From positions 2,624,001 to 2,688,000 of the forward strand of contig OY970067.1 in NCBI GenBank assembly GCA_963705305.1: a stretch of DNA of 64,000 nt, given 5' to 3'. The translations under genes and the position numbers were made by a program. Source of the DNA: an uncultured Methylomirabilota bacterium. GTDB taxonomy: Bacteria; Methylomirabilota; Methylomirabilia; Methylomirabilales; 2-02-FULL-66-22. Position 1 is the stretch's first letter; each line of letters starts with the position of its first letter. Positions 20,102 through 31,539 of the stretch are shown piece by piece. The notes under the pieces were generated by a model. The model was given only the letters and a program-made list of their open reading frames with translations. It had not been told where the DNA came from and did no database searches.

Positions 20102-20327
20102 GACCGACGCCGCCGATTTGGCGCCACCAATCAGGACAAGACCCCTGTTGCCGGGAATCAGGGTGCTCCAGCCGCTCTGGCGCAGAGCCAACTGGCCACA
20201 GGGGCGGACACCATGCCAGGTGCGACCGGATCGGAAACCGTGCGGGCAGCTTGAGGGCAGAGGAGAAAAACAGTGTCCGGACCGACCAGGGACGGGACGC
20301 ACGCGGCGCGGGAGATCGAACGAGGAA

Positions 20328-20783
20328 TCACTCTCCCGTCCATAATCCATAGACGGACGAGTAGCCCACGGAGCCACCGGATCCAGAGTTGCCGGGCGGG
20401 CTGACCGGTGCATTGTAGGTCCCCGCCAAGCTTGCCCCCTTGCTGTAGACATAGATGTCGTCATTGATGGCGGGAACCGACCCGCTGGTGAGCACCGGGC
20501 ACAGCTGGTACGGAACGCCCCACGGGTCGTTGTCGGGGACGTTGACATAGTAGGCGTTGCGCAACGCGTCGATGCTGGGGGGATATTGATTATTGTCGTT
20601 GGCGTAGGTGACGGACATCGTAACCGCCAGCTTGGTGTCGGATGCCGCGCGCGAGTATCTGGCGCGCCGCATGGCCCCTTGAAGACTGGGGATCGCGATG
20701 GCAGCGAGAATGCCAATGATTGCCACGGTGATGAGCAGCTCGATCAGCGTAAAGCCGTGTTCTCTTGCTGCCCGGCGATCCAT
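20328..20783 (-). CDS. Second type IV pilin (paralogue)
   Basis: Class III leader MDRRAAREHG|FTLIELL; RBS GAGGTG; DPWGVPY motif. Confidence 0.9.
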   Translation of the reverse strand: MDRRAAREHGFTLIELLITVAIIGILAAIAIPSLQGAMRRARYSRAASDTKLAVTMSVTYANDNNQYPPSIDALRNAYYVNVPDNDPWGVPYQLCPVLTSGSVPAINDDIYVYSKGASLAGTYNAPVSPPGNSGSGGSVGYSSVYGLWTGE

Positions 20784-20869
20784 GGCCACCTCGTTCAGCC
20801 TCGGTGCAATCCGAGTTCCACCGGGGATGCGGCCTCTCCTCTCTACATGTACCACATGCGCGGGGGAGA

Positions 20870-20907
20870 GTCCACGGGCAGGTGGCGCGTGCCACCTGCC
20901 CGTGGAC
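20870..20907. terminator. 17-bp perfect hairpin between the two pilin genes
   Basis: GTCCACGGGCAGGTGGC-GCGT-GCCACCTGCCCGTGGAC. Confidence 0.65.
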
Positions 20908-20927
20908 AACCGCGCGACACGTGCCGA

Positions 20928-21413
20928 TCAGTTCCCCGACCAGGACCCGTACATGGCGGAGTACCCGACGCTGCCGCCCTGGCCCGTAACGGGGAAGGCG
21001 GCGCTCCCCACGACGCCGGTGGTGTTGGCCAGCGCATCGGCCGCCGGACAGGTTGACGGGCCCGCCCCCAAGCTGCAGGTCCACACGTCGTCGGTCGACG
21101 CCGGAACCTTATTGCCCCCGGTGTCAAAGATGACGTATGCGTTGTTCCACGGGTCGTTGTCCGGGACGTTGGCGTAGCCGGAGTTCCGCAGGACCGCCAG
21201 GCTGGCGGGGTACAGGTTTGCGTCGTTGGCGTACACGATCATCTGCGTGGTGGCGGTCTTCGTGTCGGCCGCCGCCCGGGAGTACTTCGCCCGCCGCTGG
21301 GCGCTCATCAGGTTCGGGATGGCGATGGCGGCCAAAATACCAATGATGGCCACGACGATCAGCAGCTCGATCAGGGTGAAACCTTTGGCTTTCCTCCGCA
21401 TCAACTTAAGCAT
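20928..21413 (-). CDS. pilA: Major type IVa pilin
   Basis: MLKLMRRKAKG|FTLIELLIVVAIIGILAAIAIPN; RBS GGAGG; sigma54 promoter upstream; downstream of pilSR. Confidence 0.88.
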   Translation of the reverse strand: MLKLMRRKAKGFTLIELLIVVAIIGILAAIAIPNLMSAQRRAKYSRAAADTKTATTQMIVYANDANLYPASLAVLRNSGYANVPDNDPWNNAYVIFDTGGNKVPASTDDVWTCSLGAGPSTCPAADALANTTGVVGSAAFPVTGQGGSVGYSAMYGSWSGN

Positions 21414-21518
21414 TGTCCATCCTCCTTCTGTCTGCCGGTGTTGAATGCCCATTATTCTGCCCACGCTTTACCTGGGAGGAGTCCGTGGGGTCCTCGCAGG
21501 CGCTCGTAGTGGGCGATG

Positions 21519-21534
21519 TGCAGGGAGTGTGCCA
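21519..21534 (-). promoter_or_regulatory. sigma54 (-24/-12) promoter of pilA
   Basis: Minus-strand TGGCACACTCCCTGCA; AT-rich tract and TGAC/TGTC words further upstream are consistent with IHF and PilR sites. Confidence 0.8.
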
Positions 21535-21689
21535 TGAACTTGTCAGATGGATCCATTTTGGTCAACACTGGCATTCAAACAAAAACAATACATTACGTCG
21601 GTGACGATGTGTCAGCTCAAGAGCAGCACATGCCACCCAGGGGTTGAGTGAACAACAATTTTCAGCCGGTGACAATTATTGCTATAGAT

Positions 21690-23916
21690 TTACGGCCGGC
21701 AAGGTCCTGGCAGGATGATGGGCAATTGCTCCAAGATCCAGCCGTCCCCCCCCAAGCGGAGCAGTGTCCGGGCGCAGCGATCCTGCAGGCCCTCATGGGG
21801 AATGTCCCTCTCCATCTGATACTCGAGAGCCACCCGTCGCTCCCCGCCGGTGAGGGACGCTATCCAGCTTACGCGAGCCGCAAGGGTGCCGGAAGACGTG
21901 TCCCTCCCACCGCCAGTTCCGTGGAGGAGTGGAGAAAGGCCGGGAGCGAGAAACCGGGCCGCGCCGGGCCAGCCGCCTTCTCCCAGGGCGTGCCAGAAAC
22001 CCTGAACTGCCTCTTCCGGCGACCGCTGGCCGGGGGGGCCCTGCGTCGCGCAGATGCCGCGAGCGTCTGGCTCGGCTAATTTTTCCGCCAGGGTCGAGGT
22101 GGTCTGCTCCCGCGACCCATCGCCGCTCTCCGCGTAGAGTGCCGCTGCGATCCGGCTCATCCGGGCCAGAAGATATCGGTCGCCTGGTGCCAAGCAGCGG
22201 GCCTCATCCGCCATGACGCGCCGGGGGGTAAAAATCGTCAGGGCGCGCTCGTAGCGCCACCGGGCCTCGGAAGATCTTGCCTCCTTCGCCAAGGCCTCCA
22301 CCAGCCCGGCATGAAACCGGAGCTGCGACGACGACGCCAGCTCAACCGCGTCCCCGAAGTGTTTCTGCGCCAGCAGCCAGCGGCCGGACGCGGCAGCAAT
22401 CTCGCCCGCCAGAAACTGGCTGTTGGGGTCCGTCGGTGCGAGGTAAGTCATCTGGTCGGCGATGCGGATCGCGTCTTGGGGGTCGCCGGCTTGCATGGCC
22501 GCCCGCGCCCCCGCCTCGTGAGCGGCAAAACTCAGGGGATTCAGACGAAGCGCCCAGCGGAGATCCCATCTGGCTGCCGAGAGCTCTCCAGTGGTGAGCG
22601 CGAACCGACCCGCCTCGGTGAGGACGCTGGCGTAGTAGCGGGTGCCGGCCACGAGGGCCGCCGCCGCCAGGATGACGATCAGGGCCAGCCGCCAGATGCG
22701 CGAGAAGCGGCGGTGGGAGCGTCCATCCGTCAGGTGAGCGGTGCTGATGCCGACCAGGACAGCGGCGGCGAAAGCGATGGCGGGGAAGCTCCAGTCCTGA
22801 TCCAGGGCGGAGTGGCAGGCGAAGGCGGTCAGGGCGGCCAGGAGCGGACCGAGGTACCGTCGTGCCGGAGCGTTCGTGGGGCTCTTCCTGATGGCGAAGC
22901 CGATCCGGCCGAAGAGCCACGCCAGCATGACCAGGAGGAACAGTGCGGCCGGCAGGCCGAACTCGGCCGCCACTTCGAGGTAAAGGTTGTGGGGGTCTTT
23001 CCCTCCCACGTACGGAATGCGCTCGTAGCGGTTCAGCGCCACGGGGAAGGCGCCCGGACCCACGCCGAGCCAGGGATGATCCCGCACCATGTCCCACGTC
23101 CACCCCAAGATATGCCACCGCCAGACGAAGGAGGTGTCCCAGGCGATGCCCCCGGGATTCCAGAGCCCGGCCATGAACTGCAGCAGCAACCGGCCCCGGA
23201 CGACCAGGACGACCGCGAGGGCCCCGCCTGCCATGCCGAGCCACAGGCGGCGGCGATGCCACCAGGAGGCCCGGTCGACGAGCGCCCAGGCTCCCAGACC
23301 GACCGCGCAGGCCAGCAGAGCTCCCCGCGACCGCGTGAGCGGGAGTCCTATGGCGGCAAGGCCTCCGGCCGCCCAGGCCGCATACCGAACGGGGGGGGTG
23401 CGAACCTCTCGCGCCAGCACGAGGGCCGCGCCCCCTGCCAGGAGGAGAAACCCGGCCATGGCATTCGGGTAGCCGAAGGGACCTGTCAAGAGCGAGGCGT
23501 ACATCCCCCACCCGCTTCCCCGGGCGAGACCGATGATGCCAGCCGCGGCCGTCACAGCCCCCGAGGCTGCCAGGGCGGCCAGAATCACGCGCCCACCTCC
23601 CGGCGTCTCGCGGGTCCCGAGGGCGGCCAAAGTGCCGGCGAGGAGATAGGCCAGGAGCAAGAGCAGACCCTGGACGGTTCGATCCGGGTATGTGGTGGAG
23701 GCCGCCGACGCGAGGGCGAGGGTCCCGGCGAGCAGCAGGGCGGGTGAGGGGCGGAGCCGAACGTTCCGCCCCGGCGGAAAGAGTCCGAGGAATCCGGCCA
23801 GCACCAGGAACAGGAGCAGGCTGACGTGTCCGACCGCGCTCTGCCCGCCGCCGACCCAGGGAAGGGCGATCAGCAGGCCGGCCAGCAGGCAGACCATCAG
23901 CGGGAGGGAGGCGTCT

Positions 23917-23930
<14 letters not shown>
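21690..23930 (-). CDS. O-antigen ligase (Wzy_C) family protein with TPR-like tail; putative pilin O-oligosaccharyltransferase
   Basis: GPFGYPNAMAGFL, LTRSRGALLA, HPWLGVGPGAF, PHNLYLEVAAEFG; overlaps the pilR 3' end. Confidence 0.8.
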
Positions 23931-25314
<1,384 letters not shown>

Positions 25315-25375
25315 GTCGCGTTCCCCCGTGCCGGTGCCCGCCGGCGGCCGCGCCGCCCGCCGGCTGCACCGGGCG

Positions 25376-27169
25376 TCAGCGCCGCGGAAGGCCGGTCTCC
25401 AGAGCCGAAGGCGCTCCGGCCGGCGCGCGCTGCAACCGTACGTAGAAGGTTGTTCCGCCCCCCGGATGGCTCTCCACCCGGATCTGCCCGCCCATGCTCT
25501 CCAGGATCTTCTTGGCGATGGCCAGGCCCAGGCCGGTCCCGGAGGGGCGGGTGGTGAAGAAGGGGTCGAAGATCTGCCCCAGATTCTGGCTGGGGATCCC
25601 TCGTCCGGTATCGCGAAACGCCAGCTCCACCCATTCTCCTCTGGCCGGACCGACGGCCGCCGCCGGGTCACCGCCTCCCACGCCGGGGAGGGCGGGCTGG
25701 AGCGGCGGGGATGCGGAAGCCGCCGCCGGTCTCAGGAGGATCGTAAGGCTGCCCCCGCCGGGCATGGACTGGATCGCGTTCAGGCAGAGATTCCAGACCA
25801 CCTGGCGCAATTGATCCCCGTCGGCCAGCACGGCCAGATTGGGCGACTCCTCGATCACTCCCAGAATGGTGTCGGGGTGCCGCTCGTGGCTGCGCTCCAG
25901 GAGGCGGAGCGTCTCGTCCAGCAGCGGGCGGACCGGTACGGGGCGGAAGAGCAGCGGCTGCGGCTTGGCGAAATCGAGGAACTGGCCGGTGATGAGCTTC
26001 AGGCGGCCCGCCTCGTTCAGCAGGATATCCAGAAGCTCCCGATTCGCCCCGAGGATAGCGAGATCCTCGCGCAGGACCTCCACCGCGCCGCTGATGGCCG
26101 CCAGCGGGTTCCGCACCTCGTGGGCGATGTTGGCGGCGAGCTGCCCCAAGGCCGCCAGGCGGTCGGAGCGGCGCAACTGCTCTTCGACCCGCTTTCGCTC
26201 TGTCAGATCCTGGAAGATGGCCGCCAGACCCAAGGTCTGGCCGTCCGCGGCCCGCAGGGGAGAGCAGGCGATGCCCAGGGGGATCGTTCGGCCGTCTTGC
26301 CGCTGGAAGGGGATCTCCGTCGTGGGCTCCTCGAGCCGTCCGTCCGGATCGGCGAAGAACTGGGGCAGGGAGGAACAGGGGGCAAACGGCGTCTCCCGCC
26401 AGTGATGGTCCTGCAGGGCCGCCAGGGTGTACCCCGTGATCCGTTCAGCCGCCTGGTTGAACGAGACCACCCGCCCGTCCAGATCCAGCGTCAAGAGCCC
26501 GCTGGAGATGTTGGCCAAGATGACCTGATGGAGCGTTTGCAGGCTCCGGAGGTCCAGGCCGCGCTGCTCCAGTTCTTGGCCGGCCTGGCGCAGCCGATAG
26601 GCGAGGTGGCTGCTCAGGATGGCTACCGCCAGGAAGGCCACGGTGTGGATCAACACCTGGTAGACCGCGTAGCCGACGGAGCGGGAGGGGGGACCCGCGG
26701 CGAACGCGACCGGGCGGATAGCCTGGGTCCACTCGCCTATGACCAGCATCCCGTACAGGCTGCTGCTGAGGAGGGCCACGATCAGGGACCCGCGGCGCTC
26801 CAGCAGGTTGGATGCCCCCAGGATCACGAAGATGTACATGAAGGCCAGAACCGAGTCGATCCCTCCGGTGTAATGCACCAGCAGGCTGACCAGGCCCAGA
26901 TCCAATCCGATCTGTACCCGGCCCTGGAAGGCCAGGTAGCGCTCGCTGCGCAGCGCCACCGCATAGATCAGGGACAGGGCGAAGGTGAGGCCGAGCAGGC
27001 CGTACAGGGGAGTGATGTCGAAGGGAAGCCGCTGGTGGAGATCCGGGATGCCGGCGGAGCCCAGCAGGATCGACGCCAGGAGAAGCCGGCCCCCGACCAG
27101 CCATTTAAGCTTGTGCATCAGGCTGGGTACGCTGCTGGTGGTGTGCAGTCCATCTGGCGTCTGCGGCAC
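25376..27169 (-). CDS. pilS: Sensor histidine kinase PilS
   Basis: Multi-TM N-terminus with TGGIDS, PAS domain, AHEVRNPL H-box, DTGRGI, FFTT, GTGLGL; start 27169 (GTG) or 27118. Confidence 0.87.
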   Translation of the reverse strand: MPQTPDGLHTTSSVPSLMHKLKWLVGGRLLLASILLGSAGIPDLHQRLPFDITPLYGLLGLTFALSLIYAVALRSERYLAFQGRVQIGLDLGLVSLLVHYTGGIDSVLAFMYIFVILGASNLLERRGSLIVALLSSSLYGMLVIGEWTQAIRPVAFAAGPPSRSVGYAVYQVLIHTVAFLAVAILSSHLAYRLRQAGQELEQRGLDLRSLQTLHQVILANISSGLLTLDLDGRVVSFNQAAERITGYTLAALQDHHWRETPFAPCSSLPQFFADPDGRLEEPTTEIPFQRQDGRTIPLGIACSPLRAADGQTLGLAAIFQDLTERKRVEEQLRRSDRLAALGQLAANIAHEVRNPLAAISGAVEVLREDLAILGANRELLDILLNEAGRLKLITGQFLDFAKPQPLLFRPVPVRPLLDETLRLLERSHERHPDTILGVIEESPNLAVLADGDQLRQVVWNLCLNAIQSMPGGGSLTILLRPAAASASPPLQPALPGVGGGDPAAAVGPARGEWVELAFRDTGRGIPSQNLGQIFDPFFTTRPSGTGLGLAIAKKILESMGGQIRVESHPGGGTTFYVRLQRAPAGAPSALETGLPRR

Positions 27170-27236
27170 CGTTCTCTCCAGATAAAGAGGCCGGAGGACG
27201 CGCAGGCGGCCTCCGGCACGTGGCGCCCGAGAACGG

Positions 27237-28442
27237 CTACTTGCCGACGACCGTGACCAGCTTGAAGATCGGCAGGTACATGGCGATGACCACCCCACCG
27301 ATGACCACGCCGAGGAAGACCATGAGCATGGGCTCCAAAAGCGAGGTCAGGTTGGCCACCGCCTGGTCCACTTCCTCGTCGTAGAAGTCCGCGATCTTCC
27401 CCAGCATGGCATCCAGGGCGCCGGTCTGCTCTCCAACCGCGATCATCTGAACGACCATGGGGGGGAACACCCCGGACGCCTTGAGAGGCTCGGCAATGGT
27501 CTTCCCCTCGGAGATGGAGGACCGGGTCTTCTGGACGGCCATTTCCACGATCTTGTTCCCGGCGGTCCGGGCGGTGATATCCAGACCGTCCAGGATCGCC
27601 ACGCCGCTGCTGATGAGCGTTCCCAGGGTCCGGGTAAACTTGGCCACCGCCACCTTGCGGATGAGGATGCCGAAGACCGGCGTGCGCAGCATGAAAGCGT
27701 CGATGGCCGTCCGCCCGACATTGGTCGAGTACCAGTACCGGAGGGAGACCACCGTCAGGATGATCGCCCCGGCTCCGTAATACCAGTACTGTATCACGAT
27801 CCGCGAGGTTTCCAGGACGACCATGGTCGGCAGCGGCAGGGCTGCCCCGAAGCCCGCGAACATGGACTTGAAGGTCGGGATCACGAAGATCAGCAGGAAA
27901 GTCACCACCAGCAACGCCACCGAGATGATGGTCGAGGGGTAGATCATGGCCGACTTCACTTTTTTCTTCAGCGCCATGGCCTTTTCCATATACTGGGCCA
28001 GGCGGTTCAGGATGGTGTCCAGGATGCCGCCGGCCTCCCCGGCCTCGACCATGTTCGCGTAGAGCGAGGAGAAGACTTTGGGATGCTGCTTCAGGGCCGC
28101 GGCGAAGGTGGAGCCGCCCTCGACGGACTGACGGATCTCAATCAGGACTTTCTTGAACAGCTTGTTCTCCTGCTGCGACGCCAGGATCTCCAGGCATTGC
28201 ACCAGGGGCAGACCAGCGTCGATCATGGTGGCGAACTGGCGGGTAAAGACAACGATGTCCTTTTCCGTGACGGATCCGCCCAGGCCGAGCAGACTGACCG
28301 CCTTGGGCTTCGCCCGCACCGCGGTGGCGATCACCTGCTGCGAGCGCAGCCGTGCCACCACCGCCTCCCGCGTTGCCGCCTCCATCTCGCCCGCGATGGT
28401 CTGGCCGCCCCGCGTTCGGCCACTATAGACAAAAATCGGCAT
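27237..28442 (-). CDS. pilC: Type IV pilus platform protein PilC
   Basis: FTRQFATMIDAGLPL, AGEAGGIL, SAMIYP, VGEQTGALD, AMYLPIF. Confidence 0.96.
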   Translation of the reverse strand: MPIFVYSGRTRGGQTIAGEMEAATREAVVARLRSQQVIATAVRAKPKAVSLLGLGGSVTEKDIVVFTRQFATMIDAGLPLVQCLEILASQQENKLFKKVLIEIRQSVEGGSTFAAALKQHPKVFSSLYANMVEAGEAGGILDTILNRLAQYMEKAMALKKKVKSAMIYPSTIISVALLVVTFLLIFVIPTFKSMFAGFGAALPLPTMVVLETSRIVIQYWYYGAGAIILTVVSLRYWYSTNVGRTAIDAFMLRTPVFGILIRKVAVAKFTRTLGTLISSGVAILDGLDITARTAGNKIVEMAVQKTRSSISEGKTIAEPLKASGVFPPMVVQMIAVGEQTGALDAMLGKIADFYDEEVDQAVANLTSLLEPMLMVFLGVVIGGVVIAMYLPIFKLVTVVGK

Positions 28443-28457
28443 TGGCCTCTCCTGCCG

Positions 28458-29563
28458 CTAGCGGCGTGGCGGCATGCCCGCGCCCGCATGGCCGGCCGCC
28501 GGGGCCCGCTGCAGCATCTGCTGGAGTTCATCCGGCTGGGTCGAGGCCCCCAGCGCCTGCTCCAGCGTGATGTTCCGCCGCAGGTAATGCTGGAGCAGGG
28601 ACTCATTCATGCTCTGCATGCCGGATTTTTCCTTGCCGGACTGCATCATGCCGTAGATCTGGTGCAGCTTGTCCTCGCGGATCAGGTTACGGATGGCCAT
28701 GTTGGGAACGAGGACCTCGAGGACCAGGACGCGCCCTTGGCCGCCGGCCCGCGTCAGCAACATCTGGCACAGGACCCCCTCCAGCACGAAGGACAGCTGG
28801 GCCCGGATCTGCGGCTGCTGGTGGGGGGGAAGACGTCGATGATCCGGTTGATGGTCTGGACGGCGGAGTTGGTGTGCAGGGTCCCGAAGGTGAGGTGTCC
28901 GGTCTCGGCCGTGGTGAGGGCGGCCTCGATGGTCTCCAGGTCCCGCATCTCGCCGATCAGCACCTTGTCGGGGTCCTGCCGGAGGACGGATTTCAGGGCC
29001 GCCTTGAAGGAATGGGTGTCGGCGTACAGCTCGCGCTGGTTCACCACGCACTTCTTGTGCTGGTGGACGAACTCGATGGGGTCCTCGATGGTGACGATGT
29101 GCTCCGCCTTCTCCCGGTTGATCTTGTCGATCATGGTGGCCAGGGTCGTGGACTTCCCCGACCCGGTGGGTCCCGTCACCAGGATCAGGCCTTTCGGGCG
29201 GTTGCACATATCGGCTACCACCTGGGGCAGCCCCAGCTCCTCGAAGGTGAGAATCTTGTAGGGGATGGTCCGGATGGCCGCGGCCACGGCGCCGCGCTGC
29301 ATGAACACGTTGGCCCGGAAGCGGCTCAGACCCTTCACGCCGAAGGAAAGATCCAGCTCCTTCTGCTCCTCGAACTTGTGCTTCTGGGCCTCGGTGAGGA
29401 CGCTGTACGCCATGCTCTTGGTCTCGGCCGGGGTGAGTGGCTGCGTCCCCACGGGGGTCATGTGGCCGTGCAGGCGGATCACGGGGGGGATGCCCGTCGT
29501 GATATGGAGGTCCGAGGCCCCCTTTTCGGTCATCTCCTTCAGCAGATCATGCAGGCTGGGCAT
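28458..29563 (-). pseudogene. pilT: Retraction ATPase PilT, frameshifted in a poly-C tract
   Basis: ASDLH, GPTGSGKSTT, TIEDPIEF, LRQDPD, AETGHL in 28754..29563; C-terminus (HQQPQIRAQLS, AIRNLIRE) in another frame; junction at G7 tract 28823-28829. Confidence 0.88.
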
Positions 29564-29605
29564 GGTGGTCGGCGCTCGCTTTCATAGGAATTGACGGGGC
29601 CTGGG

Positions 29606-31309
29606 CTAGCCGCCCGTGGTCACCCGCAGCACCTCTTCCACGGTGGTCATCCCTTCCCGGAGTTTTTCGAGCCCGGCCTCGCGGAGGGTCTTCATGCCGT
29701 TCTTCCGGCCCAGCTCCCGGAGTTCCAACGCCGAGGCCCCCTGCAGGATGGCCTCCTTGATGTTCTCCTTGATGAGCAGAACCTCGTAGAGAGCCACCCG
29801 TCCCTTGTAGCCCGTCTCGCTGCAGACCATGCAGCCTTTGCCCTTTACGGTTTGAATGGACTTTGCGTCCTCGGGGCTGAACCCGACGCTCATCAGGGCC
29901 TGATGCGGAACCGGGGCGACCTCCTTACACGCCTGGCAGACGCGGCGGGCCAGCCGCTGGGCCAGAATCACGTTGGTGGAGGCGGCGACCAGGAACGGCT
30001 CCACCCCCATGTTCAGGAGCCGGCTGATGGTGCTGGGCGCGTCGTTGGTGTGGAGGGTGGACAACACCAGGTGCCCGGTCAGGGCCGCCTTGACGGCGAT
30101 CTCGGCCGTCTCGTAGTCGCGGACCTCGCCCACCATGATGATGTCGGGGTCCTGGCGCAGGAAGGATCGCAGGGCTGCTGCGAACGTCAGGCCGATCTCG
30201 GCCTTGGTCTGCACCTGGTTGATCCCCGACAGGTTGAACTCCACCGGGTCCTCGGCGGTCATAATGTTGGTCTCGGTGGTGTTGAGACGGTTGAGGGCGG
30301 AATAGAGGGTGGTCGTCTTGCCCGACCCCGTCGGTCCCGTCACCAGCACCATTCCGTACGGCATCAACAGCCCGCTTTCGAAATCCGTGAGGGCCAGCGG
30401 GTCAAACCCCAGCTTGGTCATGTCCAGCTGGAGATTCCCCTTGTCCAGCAACCGCATGACCACCTTCTCGCCGAAGAGCGTGGGAAGGGTGGAGACGCGG
30501 TAGTCCATCTCCCTGCCCCCCATCTTGATTTTGATGCGACCGTCCTGGGGCAGGCGCCGCTCGGCGATGTCGAGTTGGGACATGATCTTGACGCGGGAGG
30601 TGATTGCCGCCTTCAGCCGGGTCGGGGGCTGCATCACGTCGTACAGCACGCCGTCGATCCGGTAGCGCACCCGGAAGGACTTCTCGTAGGGCTCGATGTG
30701 GATGTCCGACGCCCCCTTCTTGATGGCGTCGGTCAGGATCAGGTTCACGAGCTTGACGACCGGGGCGTCCTCGGCGGCCTTCCCCAGCTCGGCCACGTTG
30801 ACCGAGTCGTCGCCCTCCCGGAGGGCCTCGACCTCCTTGTCGTCGAAGGTCTTCATGATGTCCTCGACCATGCCGGCCGAGTCGAAGTATTTGTTGATGG
30901 CGTTCTTGATGGAGGTCTCCGCCGCGACCACCGGTTCGACCTTGAAGCCGGTCATGAACTTGATGTCGTCGATGGCGAAGATGTTGCTGGGGTCCGCCAT
31001 GGCAACGGTGAGGACGTTCCCCGTTCGGTTGATGGGGATGACCTGGTGCTTCTGGGCAAGCTCGGGGGCGATCAGCTTGATGACGCCGGCCTCGATCTCG
31101 AAGTGAGAGAGATTGATGGAAGGGACGCCGTACTGCCGGCTGAGGAAGGAGGTGATGTCGTCTTCGCTGATGAAGCCGAGTTTCACCAGGTTGGCGCCGA
31201 TCCGGCCGCCGGAGGTCTGCTGCTGCTGGAGGGCTTGCTGGAGCTGCTCTCGTGTGATGAGCCCTGCCTTGACCAGCATGTCACCAAGGCGCGCGGTGCC
31301 TGTCGCCAT
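29606..31309 (-). CDS. pilB: Type IV pilus assembly ATPase PilB
   Basis: MshEN-like RLGDMLV..GLIT; ASDIHIEP, GPTGSGKTT, LRQDPD, tetracysteine motif. Confidence 0.96.
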   Translation of the reverse strand: MATGTARLGDMLVKAGLITREQLQQALQQQQTSGGRIGANLVKLGFISEDDITSFLSRQYGVPSINLSHFEIEAGVIKLIAPELAQKHQVIPINRTGNVLTVAMADPSNIFAIDDIKFMTGFKVEPVVAAETSIKNAINKYFDSAGMVEDIMKTFDDKEVEALREGDDSVNVAELGKAAEDAPVVKLVNLILTDAIKKGASDIHIEPYEKSFRVRYRIDGVLYDVMQPPTRLKAAITSRVKIMSQLDIAERRLPQDGRIKIKMGGREMDYRVSTLPTLFGEKVVMRLLDKGNLQLDMTKLGFDPLALTDFESGLLMPYGMVLVTGPTGSGKTTTLYSALNRLNTTETNIMTAEDPVEFNLSGINQVQTKAEIGLTFAAALRSFLRQDPDIIMVGEVRDYETAEIAVKAALTGHLVLSTLHTNDAPSTISRLLNMGVEPFLVAASTNVILAQRLARRVCQACKEVAPVPHQALMSVGFSPEDAKSIQTVKGKGCMVCSETGYKGRVALYEVLLIKENIKEAILQGASALELRELGRKNGMKTLREAGLEKLREGMTTVEEVLRVTTGG

Positions 31310-31372
31310 TGAGACCCTCTAAGTCCTTTCCAGGCAAGCCTTCTGGCCGGGTTCCGGGCTGCGCGGATTATC

Positions 31373-31400
31373 ATGTTAATGATCCCCCTTGGCTTGTCAA
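31373..31400 (-). promoter_or_regulatory. Candidate sigma70 promoter of the pilB operon
   Basis: Minus-strand TTGACA-N16-TAACAT. Confidence 0.5.
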
Positions 31401-31539
31401 GGGAAATTCCCCGGTCCCTGTCCCGGGGCCTCGCGTGTGCCAACGATGGGGGTGGGTGCGCGCCGGTCCCCGGGGCCAACCGGGGGCAACCCGTGCGGCT
31501 GCCGGCGGGCGCTGTCCGGCCAGCGGGACGCTGGCGGCT

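Noticed and set aside
20204..20218. Second sigma54 promoter upstream of the ABC operon
   Set aside because: TGGCATGGTGTCCGC has a poor -12 element; a better sigma70 promoter lies at 20072-20101
19991..20327. Third pilin-like ORF between the pilins and the ABC ATPase
   Set aside because: No class III signal, RBS or coding-like composition; the region contains the operon promoter
20328..21413. Conductive e-pili
   Set aside because: Manual aromatic counts are borderline (about 13/150 and 14/141), and positions 24 and 27 are not aromatic in either pilin
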